In this document: positions 21,862-32,700 of the stretch, piece after piece
Position numbering within the stretch: position 1 is the first letter of the stretch
Layout: every line of letters starts with the position of its first letter
NCBI GenBank assembly: GCA_946414435.1
Contig: CAMKOM010000011.1
Location: 19,408-83,407 of the forward strand
Direction of reading: 5' to 3'
Length of the DNA: 64,000 nucleotides
Source of the DNA: an uncultured Bacteroidota bacterium
GTDB lineage: Bacteria > Bacteroidota > Bacteroidia > Bacteroidales > SZUA-534
Notes under the pieces: generated by a model
The model's database searches: none
Seen by the model: only the letters and a program-made list of their open reading frames with translations
Told to the model about the DNA's origin: nothing
Position numbers and translations under genes: made by a program

Positions 21862-24685
21862 AATATTATTACCCATAATGCTTATGGCATGTTTGCCATA
21901 TGCGGGTGCGACAGAATTAGAGTCTGTTGAAGAGTGGGAAAGCAGAATTGCAGGATTGGTGCAAACTGTAAAGGATCAAAATGCATATATTGATGCTTTC
22001 GACGAGGATACTCCCCAGATTTTACCAGTTGGCATAAAAAAAACTATTGGCGGAATAGATATGACTGTCATTCTGGACAGTGCGGTCTGCACAGAGTCAA
22101 GTACAGAAATGCAAGCTTATATGGCTATAGAATTTTTGGGGAGCGAAAAAACGATAATGTTCAAAGGGGCAAATATTAAATTCACGGCGGGAGGTTTTGT
22201 TAATGCCAGGATGCAATTGGTATCGACAAAACCGTTCAAGGTGGGAGAAATGACAATGCGACTTGACTCTCGCAATACCTATGTCGATTTTGATTGCAAT
22301 GGCTATAGAGAAACATCGCTCACAGCCCTTATAACACTGCCAGAAAAAGTATTTAAAAAAGAAGATAAGACAACAAGGGAAATTGCGGCAGAACCTGTTA
22401 CTGCAACATTTACGGGCACATTTACAAATCTTAATGACATTTTGATTTCTGCAACATTAGATCCTTTTCAAATATCGGGGTTAACAGGGTTTGGTTTTTA
22501 TACCAGCAATATTACTCTGGATTTCAGCGATGAACGAAATCCCAGCTTTGGGGCGGTTACGTACAATTATGTAAATAAGGAGTTCAATGAAAAAATCGAT
22601 TTGTGGAGAGGGGTGTATATAAGCAGTTTTGAAATGAAACTGCCTAAACAATTCTGCAAAGGCGGCAGCAGTACAAGTTTTTCGGCAAACGATATGCTTA
22701 TCGATGATAATGGTATTACTGGCACAGTGGCTGGGAAAAATATTCTGCCACAAGACAAAGGAGATTTAGGCGGATGGAAATTCTCGATTAACACTTTATC
22801 TTTAACATTTACTGCTGGCAATTTTGATAAATTCGATTTTGGTGGCAATCTGGTTTTGCCTGTCTCTGAGACCCCTTCTCCTATGTCATATAGTGCATAT
22901 ATAGAAAAAAACGGGGATTATGTTTTCAGTGTCACCCCTCCCGACAAAACAAAATTTGATATTTGGGCGGCGGAGATAGCTCTTTATAAGACTTCATCGG
23001 TTAAAGTATCGAAGAAAGGAAACGAATATCTTATTTGTGCCGATCTGAATGGGAAAATGACAATTGGGGCGAAAGACAGCAAAATTGAGATAGCCAATGT
23101 GGAGTTTAAGAGCTTATCAATACAAAATGTTGCCCCAAAATTTGATATAGGGGCATTTGAGGCCAAGGTCGGTGATATGAAAGGGTTCCCGATTCAAATC
23201 AGCAGACTTGGTTATAATAAGAAAAACGATAGACATGGTTTGGCGCTTGGGGTTACAGTTTCTTTAATGAATAAGGAAGATAAAGGCTTTGGCGCGACAG
23301 GAGATTTTACAATATACGGTAAAGAGAATCCTGAAAAAGGAATATCGTCTTGGAAATATGACAAAACAGAGTTTAACTCCTTCAAACTTGATATTAAATA
23401 CACAGCTTTTGAAATGCAAGGCTCACTTGTGGTGTACAATTCAGATGCTGTTTATGGCGATGGCATGAAGGGTAATATTAAGATGAAGATAATTGAGAAG
23501 ATTGGAGTGGAAGCAACAGCGCAATTTGGCAATGTTAATGGATTCAAATATTGGTATGCAGATGCTTTTGCCAGTTTTACACCGGGAATACCTGTGTTCA
23601 CGGCGGTAACAATGAACGGATTCGGAGGAGGAGCTTTTTATCACATGAATCATGTACACGATAGCTCTGTTGAATTTGGTGCCAAGGTGTTGGCAAATGC
23701 AGGAAAGACAACTGAACCAGGGCAATTTTTATCAGGCGACAAATATGTGCCGGACAAAAATGTGGGTATTGGACTGAATGCCTCGGTGTTACTGGTTGTT
23801 GGTTCGGAATCAGTGCTTAATGTCAAGGCAGGTTTTGAAATCAGTTTCTTGGCCAGTGGAGGATTAAATAAAGTGTCATTTTCGGGTGAAGCATTGTTGC
23901 TAACTCAATATTCGCCAACAGTTAAACCAAGTGAAACCAGAATGTATGCGAGAATGTTTACGGAATACGATAATACCAACAAATCGTTTTTCGGAAGTCT
24001 TGATACATACTTGAATATTGCCGGTATTTTAACTGGTTCACAATCGGGAAATTATGCCGGACATGGTGAGATTTACTTTGGCGATGGAAAATGGAAAATA
24101 TTTATGGGTACTCCAGATAGTCCGATAGGTGTTAAATTCGTAGGTATTGCTGAGGCCAAGTCGTATTTTGTAACGGGCAACTTTGATATACCGGGTGTTC
24201 CTACTCCGCCGTCGAATGTGTCGAGTATTTTGGGAAGTATGAAATACAGCGAGTGCCGCAATACAACTAAACTAAGCAATGCCGGCGGTTTTGCTTTTGG
24301 TGCAAGTTTGAATGTAGACATTCCAAATCGCGAATTCTTATGCTTCTATGGTAGTTTTGATGCGGGTGTTGGGTTTGATCTAATGCTTGTCAACTACGGA
24401 AGAAACGCTCATTGCAAAGGCGATAGCGACGTGTTAGGTATAAATGGCTGGTATGCAACAGGACAAACTTACGCCTATGTTCGAGGTGATATAGGGATTC
24501 ATTGGAGGAAACGGAGTTTGAGTATACTTGATATAGGTGTTGCAACAATACTTCAGGCACAATTGCCTAATCCTTTGTATATGTCCGGCGAAGTGGGAGG
24601 ATACTATAAAGTACTTGGTGGACTGGTTAAGGGACACTGTGATTTCCAATTTGATATTGGTAAATCATGTGAAATAGTAAATTAG
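21833..24685 (+). CDS. Large secreted Gly/aromatic-rich all-beta hypothetical protein (cluster gene 3)
   Basis: 950 aa, signal peptide, extended beta-strand pattern, GFGGGAFYHM and C-terminal LGGLVKG..F...G..C motifs; overlaps the upstream gene. Confidence 0.75.
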   Translation: MLNTVRFSSKILLPIMLMACLPYAGATELESVEEWESRIAGLVQTVKDQNAYIDAFDEDTPQILPVGIKKTIGGIDMTVILDSAVCTESSTEMQAYMAIEFLGSEKTIMFKGANIKFTAGGFVNARMQLVSTKPFKVGEMTMRLDSRNTYVDFDCNGYRETSLTALITLPEKVFKKEDKTTREIAAEPVTATFTGTFTNLNDILISATLDPFQISGLTGFGFYTSNITLDFSDERNPSFGAVTYNYVNKEFNEKIDLWRGVYISSFEMKLPKQFCKGGSSTSFSANDMLIDDNGITGTVAGKNILPQDKGDLGGWKFSINTLSLTFTAGNFDKFDFGGNLVLPVSETPSPMSYSAYIEKNGDYVFSVTPPDKTKFDIWAAEIALYKTSSVKVSKKGNEYLICADLNGKMTIGAKDSKIEIANVEFKSLSIQNVAPKFDIGAFEAKVGDMKGFPIQISRLGYNKKNDRHGLALGVTVSLMNKEDKGFGATGDFTIYGKENPEKGISSWKYDKTEFNSFKLDIKYTAFEMQGSLVVYNSDAVYGDGMKGNIKMKIIEKIGVEATAQFGNVNGFKYWYADAFASFTPGIPVFTAVTMNGFGGGAFYHMNHVHDSSVEFGAKVLANAGKTTEPGQFLSGDKYVPDKNVGIGLNASVLLVVGSESVLNVKAGFEISFLASGGLNKVSFSGEALLLTQYSPTVKPSETRMYARMFTEYDNTNKSFFGSLDTYLNIAGILTGSQSGNYAGHGEIYFGDGKWKIFMGTPDSPIGVKFVGIAEAKSYFVTGNFDIPGVPTPPSNVSSILGSMKYSECRNTTKLSNAGGFAFGASLNVDIPNREFLCFYGSFDAGVGFDLMLVNYGRNAHCKGDSDVLGINGWYATGQTYAYVRGDIGIHWRKRSLSILDIGVATILQAQLPNPLYMSGEVGGYYKVLGGLVKGHCDFQFDIGKSCEIVN

Positions 24686-24718
24686 TTAATGAAATTATGA
24701 ATTAAAGTAAAAACAGGA

Positions 24719-26758
24719 ATGATGTCGCATAACTATAAGTGCAATATAATCAACTGTATATTCACATTTGTTTTTGCCTTGTTATCAGTATCGATAAAAG
24801 CAGAAAACAAAGATATTGTCATAATGTCATCGGTTGACAATGAGATAGTGCGTTTGCGTTGGAGTCCTATAAACCACGAATTATGGCAGGTGGCTAACAA
24901 ATACGGTTATACTTTGGAACGCTATATATTCGACAAAAAGAAAAGTATGACAATGGAACGGTCTGATGTTTATAGACCATTATCAATAAGCGAATGGAGA
25001 ATAATTGCCGACACTAACGACAGAGCGGCCATAGTTTCAGAAGCAATGTTTGGCGAAAATTTCGAAATAGCCAATGAAGACACATCCGCGCTTCGAATGA
25101 CAAATGTCGCAAAAGAGCAGGACATGCGTTTTTCGTTTGCAATGCTTATGGCTGCGCAGGATTTCGATCTTGCTTGCAAAATGGGCGTTGGTTCATTGCA
25201 GAAAATTGAACCGGGCAAAAAATATATGTACAAGGTTTTTATAAACGCCCCCGATTCAATTGTGAAATGTGATACCGGTAGTTGCATTGTCACTAGTAAT
25301 GACATGTCGCAATTGCCCGATATACTCAGTTTGAATGCCGTGTATGTAAACGGCCGAGTTGAATTACGCTGGCCAAGGGCTACTAACGAAGACTATTATG
25401 CAGGCTACCATATCGAGCGCTCGTCTGATTCAGTAAATTATAAGAGAGTCAACAAATCGATGTTTGTACCTTTTGAAAGCGTGGCAAATGAGCAGAATTA
25501 CACATTCAGCGATACAGTTAACAATAAAACGGACGCCAGGTATTATTACAGAATCCAAGGTGTGAACTTTTTTGGCGAGTATAGCAAATATTCGCCTGTT
25601 GCCGCCGTATCAACTTATAAACCTATTACTGAAACCCCATATATTACTGAACTCGAAGATGCAGGTGGGGGAAATATTCGAGTAACATGGGAATTCCCTG
25701 TTGACGAGCAGCAACAACTGAGCGGATTCCAAATCTTGGTGTCGGATTATGTTGCCGACAACTATATGCCTATGCTCAACGATTTGTTACCATCGGAAAC
25801 ACGCCAGTGTGTGGTGCCAACGGTTGGCCCGTCGAATTATGTTATTGTTGCCGCATACGACAAGAGTGGTATTGAGTATTTGTCGATGCCGAAATTCATC
25901 CAGCCGATTGACAGCATTCCGCCCAAAGCACCTGTGGGATTAAAAGGCAGCATGAACAGCGAAGGTGTGGTTTCATTGGATTGGACGGCCAACACCGAGC
26001 CCGACATTGCCGGGTATCGTGTGTTTTACACTACCGATAAATATATGGACTATACCAATCTTACAAACAGGCCTATTACCGAAAACCATTTCGAATATAA
26101 ATTCCCATTGAACTGGCTCAACAGGAATATATATGTTACAGTGCTTGCCGAAGACGCATTCTATAACTTTAGCGATTTCTCCGACACCATAGCAGTAAAA
26201 GTGTTCGACACCATACCTCCATCGCCGGCAGTGTTCCGCAGCTATGAAAGCACCGATTCGGCCATTTGCATGGAGTGGGTGAATAGCTCGAGCTCCGATC
26301 TAATGGCTACTCGCCTTGTACGGACCGACGGAGCAAACGCCGACACTCTGTTAAGCTTTAAAGACGAACACACACAGTTTTGTGATTCCGGCGCAAAATC
26401 CGATAAGAGATATGAGTACACAATTGTGTCGATTGACAGTGCCGGAAATAAATCGTTGTCGAACACCATAGCTGCCACAGGCAAGCACAAACCTTATAAT
26501 GTTACACTCAAGGTGAAGTTTGACGCCGGCGAGAATGCCATGGTGCTTAGCTGGGACAATGACGACGAAAAGCAAACAAGCGCATATATATACAAAGCTG
26601 CAAACGGAGGGAAGCTATATTTGTTTAAGACAATTAGTGGCGAAGAAACCACTTTTGTTGATAGAGATGTTGAAATAAACAGGCCTTATAGCTATAGAGT
26701 AAAAGTAAAACTTGAAAATGGCAAAACAGCCATAACTAAAACTGTTAACACTCAATAA
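24719..26758 (+). CDS. Fibronectin type III domain protein (cluster gene 4)
   Basis: Repeated FN3 signatures: V.LRW...GY.IERS...YYYRIQG; PPKAP.GL...LDW...IAGYRVF; YEY.IV..D.AGN.S. Confidence 0.85.
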   Translation: MMSHNYKCNIINCIFTFVFALLSVSIKAENKDIVIMSSVDNEIVRLRWSPINHELWQVANKYGYTLERYIFDKKKSMTMERSDVYRPLSISEWRIIADTNDRAAIVSEAMFGENFEIANEDTSALRMTNVAKEQDMRFSFAMLMAAQDFDLACKMGVGSLQKIEPGKKYMYKVFINAPDSIVKCDTGSCIVTSNDMSQLPDILSLNAVYVNGRVELRWPRATNEDYYAGYHIERSSDSVNYKRVNKSMFVPFESVANEQNYTFSDTVNNKTDARYYYRIQGVNFFGEYSKYSPVAAVSTYKPITETPYITELEDAGGGNIRVTWEFPVDEQQQLSGFQILVSDYVADNYMPMLNDLLPSETRQCVVPTVGPSNYVIVAAYDKSGIEYLSMPKFIQPIDSIPPKAPVGLKGSMNSEGVVSLDWTANTEPDIAGYRVFYTTDKYMDYTNLTNRPITENHFEYKFPLNWLNRNIYVTVLAEDAFYNFSDFSDTIAVKVFDTIPPSPAVFRSYESTDSAICMEWVNSSSSDLMATRLVRTDGANADTLLSFKDEHTQFCDSGAKSDKRYEYTIVSIDSAGNKSLSNTIAATGKHKPYNVTLKVKFDAGENAMVLSWDNDDEKQTSAYIYKAANGGKLYLFKTISGEETTFVDRDVEINRPYSYRVKVKLENGKTAITKTVNTQ

Positions 26759-26797
26759 ACGGGAAATAGTATCAACTAACAAAAACCATTACTCATT

Positions 26798-29700
26798 ATG
26801 AATAAGATTAAGAATTCTGTAAGAAAACAACTCCTGTTGGCTGGTTCGTTGCTGATGTGTATCGTGACTTATGGCGGTATTCCTTCGAAGTTGCCTGGAA
26901 TGCTAAAGGCCATGGTTGGCACTCAAAATACGTATGTGTATTCGCCTAACACACCAATACTAATTGAGGAAGTTTCTTCACAAAACCATCGTGTTATTGC
27001 GATAGAATCGCATGGAATAAAAAAATATGGTGATAGCTTTTATACTTATACTTTTGCGTTTACGTTTGAATCATATAATGGCACACAGAGGGTTGTGGAT
27101 AATTTGAATGGAATGCAAGACCATACACCTCAAGATTTAGATATGTATATGTGTTATGATACAGACATTCCCAATATAATAATAAATCAAGTTTCGTATA
27201 AGTCTAATGGAGAAGTTATAATTGGTGATTATATAACAAAATATGGGAATTTACATTTAGGATTTAATAATTCTTTTCAGATAAAAGGCGAGCCCTATCA
27301 ACAAGTTGTTGTTCTTCCATTGATGGGATCATCCGAAAAATATAAATTTTTATATAAAAGTTACAATAAAAGTTATAATGAAAATTACAAAGAATATATC
27401 GGTTCGCTCAGTGGCGTAATTAGTAAGAGTGCGCCGGTTACTGCGGGCGATAGGGTGTATTTCAGCGCTGATAAAAATGGCGAGGGTGTAGATATTGCTG
27501 TTTTTGTGAAAAATGGTTATTATTTTACGGGTTTAACAACCAAATATGAGGGGAAAGATTCTGACGGGAAGCATGGTGTATATTCTTTTGAAATGCCATT
27601 ATGTAGCGATATATACGTGTTTTCATATGTTGAAAGCACGGAAGTTGATGCTGATGGGGACACGAGAACTCGGACATATTATAGCAGCAATTATAAGAGG
27701 TTCACTCCAACAGTTTATCCTAAGCCAACCTACACGTTTGAAAATGCCACCGAAAAAGGAGGAGTGTTGTATATCCATCCTAGGAAGAGTAGTTTTAGTA
27801 TTAAAAATACTACAAGTGGTTCTATAAAAATGGGTTTTAATGCAAGCGGCACAATTTCCGGAGAACAGATAAGTAGTAATGGAAAAAAAACATTTAATAA
27901 AAGTGATTACAGTAATGGCGCGAAGTACATCCTTAACATAGAAGCTGTTGGGGGAGGAAAATTAAAAAAAGAAATCACTGTTAAATATTTGGAGCAATGG
28001 GGAGAAAGTTTTGATATGTGCGATGCGAAAGTAACATTGACAGCACCTCCGTATTTGCCGGATAATATTTCGCCGGTTCTTACCATTGTTACCACTAATG
28101 CACAAGGTCAAACGGGTGGAAATACTGGATCTTTTGGGAAAACCTATAATTTAAATAGAGAACCTTATAAATACAAATATGTAATAAATTATTATAAAAA
28201 CAATGAATCGATTTTCGTTGTAACCAAGGAATTTTCATTTCCGAGTAAGCTAGAATATGTTTCAGAACCAGCGGGGAAAGTTTTCAAAGGCTGTATTAGA
28301 GCATCTGACAATACAAGCATTTCGGTAAATGTGAAAGGCGGCTCAGGGACGTATAATTATTTTATCAACGGTCAAAATGTGAAGTCTGGGACAAGTGACA
28401 AGTCATATGTATTACAGCCATCAGTGGGCAATGATTATAAAATAAAAGTAACCGATTCTAATAATTGCAGTACAGAGGAAAAAACGGTTAATGTAAAAAT
28501 AGATAGCCCGTTTGATTTTACAATTGTGCCCAAAAAAACTAATGGTTATGATATAGCATGCAATGGAGGAAAAGGCACTCTAACGTTTAGCATAAAAGGT
28601 GGTACTGGTGGGTATACATATAATGGTGATCCGATATCTAATGGTGCTTCATTAAGTAGAAGTGGGGTCGGTCCACATTCTTTTACAATATCCGATAGCA
28701 GGGGGTGTAGTGAAACCCATAGCATTACTCTCACACAACCGGCAGAACTTAAGATTACCAAATTGGACTCCATCAGGGCGGATTGCAAAGAAGCAAATAA
28801 TGGTAAAGTAGAAGTTACAGCTTCGGGTGGCGTAGGAACGTTAATGTATCATTTGTCAAATAATTCGGACGGAACAATAGATAGGAATGATGGAATATTT
28901 ACAGGTTTAGGGGTAAAGTCGTACACTTTGAGCGTGACAGACGCAAATAATTGTGCTTCTCCGGAGACGACAGTTACGGTTGGTAGCAATCTTAAATTGG
29001 AAATAGCAAAAATAGAACCTGCAGAGTGCTACGATGAAAGACTTGGTTCAATAACTCTGGCTCCTAAATTTAAGGATGGGTTTAGTTTCAATTATTGGTT
29101 AAACGGCGAGGAGGTAAATGGGCCAAAAATCGTGAACGTGGAAGCAGGTGATAATTATAAAGTTAAAGTGAAGCCAGTTGGTTCAGATTGTTTTGCAGAG
29201 TTGGGTGGTATTCAAGTTGGTGGTCCCACAGAACCTCTGCAAATAGAAACAATAGACATAACACGTTGTTCAAAAACCGATTCAAATGATGGTGAATTAA
29301 GTGTAACGCCCCAAGGCGGAACAGGAGAATATAAGGTGAGTATAAAAGACAAGGAGGGTAATGATGTTAAGGATAGTAAAAAACTTTATCCGGGCGATTA
29401 TTATGTAACTATAACCGATGCCAATGAATGTGTTTATTCGAAAAAAGATCCAATATCAATCCCGAGTCCCACAAAAGATTTAGGTTTTATAGATACAATA
29501 ATCCAACATGTTACATGCAATGGAGGAGACACTGCGAAAATAACAGTATATGCTGACGGAGGATGGCCATACCCTAATGGGGGTTATAAATATACACTTA
29601 TCAATAGCAATAACAAGAAGTTGTACGATAATGTATTATCTAATAAATCATACACATTTTCTAAATTGACGGCAGGCCATTATAAGGTGATAGTAACAGA

Positions 29701-32700
29701 TGAAATGAAAGTTGCTGATACTATTAGTGTGGAAGTCAAAGAACCTGATCCTTTGTCAGCTAGTAGTGAAGTGACAAAAGAAATCAGTTGCCCGGGCAGA
29801 AATGACGGCAAAGTTACAGTAACAGTGAGTGGAGGCACAGCTGGTTACACTTTGTCATTTGACAACGAACCATACACCACCAACAAAACAAAAGAAATCG
29901 ACGGTATTTCTGCAGGCACACACCAGTATAAAGTTATCGATGCGAACAAATGTGAATATTCGTCAACGGTTGAAGTTGACGAGCCAACAGCCATAGAGCT
30001 TAAGGCAAATGCTGCTGGTGAGTTATATAATGGTTACAACATCTCATGCAACGGAGAAAAAACGGGCATAATAGTTGTTTCTGCAACAGGCGGAACATCC
30101 GGTTACCAATTCTCGATTGATGACGGACCGTTTACCGCCCAATACGGGGAAAACGCCCAACACACATTCAGCGGTATAGGAGCCGGGGAACACAATATTA
30201 CGGCGAAAGACGGTCATGGGTGTCCCGCCTCTCTTCCTGCAAAAGTGAAATTAAAACAACCTGATCCCATTGTAATAAAAGAAAAAACCAAAACACAGCC
30301 CTTGTGTTATGACAGCATTAATGGCGAAATAACAGTTATAGTGTCAGGCGGTATTTCAACTCAAGATTATAACTATAGTTTGAATGGGGTATATGATGGC
30401 AGTGAAGGTGGTGAACACACATTTGAAAACATAGGGGCGAAAGCCGACCACAAAGTGTTGGTTACAGACGCCAACGGTTGTAAAGCTGAGACGAGTATTA
30501 AATTAGGCCAGCCTGCGGAATTGACAGCATCTGTCAGCAATGTGAAAAACAACTTGTGCAATGGAGACAAAGAAGGGAGCATAACGTTTACAATAAGTGG
30601 AGGAACGGGCTCGTACTATTATGCATTGAACGGCGCGAATAAAATTGAGTTTGGCAATGACAATACCATCAGCGGGCTGCCGGCCAAAAACGCACATTCC
30701 ATCGTGGTGTCAGACGCGCATGAGTGCAAGGCCGATGCTATAGAACAAAAAATTACTGAGCCTGATAAAATCGTGGCCAGAGCCATTTTGAATGACTATA
30801 ACGGGAAAAATATCAGATGCAATGGTGGTGTGGACACGGCAGTGATTAATATAGAAGGAGGTGCAGGCGACAACTTCTCAACCACACTGGGAGGAATCAC
30901 CAAAAACGGGAAATCTGTCGAGTTCGACAATCTGAAGGCAGGGGAATATGGCTATAAAGTTGTTAATGTCAACGGCGGCAAGAGTTGTGTTAAAGAATTC
31001 TCATTTGAGATGAAGCAGGCGGACGCCGTGGCATTCAGTGGCTTTGCTTCCACCGACGCCAAATGCCATGGAGTGTCGAATGGCGAATTACAAGTGAATG
31101 TAACCGGAGGAGTAAAGAGCTATGCATGTGAAATCACCGACCTGGCAGGAAACAGCGTCAACACGGCCACATCAAGCAGCGGCATCTATCTCTATGACCG
31201 CCTTGCAGTAGGCAGCTACGAGTTTAAAGTCACCGATGCCAACGGTTGTGCGGTAAGCAAAGGATTCCCAATCAAGCAACCTGCGCCGCTAACCGTTTCG
31301 ATAGCCAATCCGAAAAATGTAGATTGCAAAGGTGCCAACACGGGTGAGGTTTCAGCCGTTGCTACAGGCGGATCGGGGTCGTACAAATACAAGTGGAGCA
31401 ACGGCATGACAGGGCAAAGCATACAGAATTTGCTGGCCGGGGAGTATTCGGTTATGGTTACTGATGCCAATAACTGCCAATCGGAAGTAGATGAAAATGG
31501 AGTGAAGGCGCAGACCACCATTGACGAGCCTGCTTCGGCATTAACAATGCTGGAGCCAGTATACGCCAATCCGACATGCAGCTATAACAAGGATGGGGAA
31601 ATCACCATCAATGTCAGTGGCGGCTGGGGCGGATATGAATACACTCTGAATGGTGTTTCTTACGGAAGTAATAAGATAGAAGGCTTGGATGAAGGGACAT
31701 ATACGGCAAAGGTTAAAGATGCCGGGGGCTGTGAAGTTTCCACCAATGACATTACGTTGAAGAAGCCTGAAGCTTTGTCGTTTGAAAATAAAATCGGCAC
31801 AATAATCTGCAAAGGCGGAGCAACCGATGTGACCATAACTTCGGCGTCGGGAGGCACTGGAGGCAATTATTCGTATTCAATTGATGGGGGAAACACCTGG
31901 CAGTCCGGCACCACTTTTGCCAATGTTGTAAGCGGCAGTTACATATTGAGAATGAAAGACGGTAATGAGTGCCTGGCAACAGATAAAGAGATTACTGTCA
32001 CCGAGCCGGAATCATTGGTCTTGAAAGAAGATGTAAGGCATAATTATAACGGCAGCACCCATAAAGCCAACGGCAAGATAACCGTAACGCCGCAAGGCGG
32101 TGTAATGCCATATTCGTACCAATGGAAAGACACAACCGTCACAAGTCAGGAATTGGATAACATCGGTTTCGGAATTTACACGATCATCGTCACTGATAGT
32201 TTGGGCTGTGTCAAAACCGGCACATATTATATCAACGATAACAACCCGACGCCTGAAGTTGTTGACGCGATATGTCCGGAGGGCACAGAAGGATCAATAC
32301 GCTTTGGCGATACGGTTAAATGCACAAAGGTGGAATGGTACAACGCCAGCACCGAGGAGCTGTTGCCGCAATCCGGCACAAAGACAATCACAGGCCTGCC
32401 GAAGGGCATTTACAAGGCGAAACTGTTCAACGACACGCAGGTGACATATATATATGCCGAGGTGAAAGCCCCCGACAGTTTGAAGTACGCCACAAGCCAG
32501 CGTAATATTGATTGCCATGGCGACAATACAGGTATGGCATCAGTGAGCTTTACGGGCGGAGTGGTACCGGTGAGCGTGGTTTGGAAAAATCAGAGCGATG
32601 ATGAAATCAGCCATAGCCAAACGATTGAAAATCTGATAAAAGGAAAATACACGGCATATATTTCCGACGCCAAGAACTGCCAGTCGAGCAGCCAGGCGCT

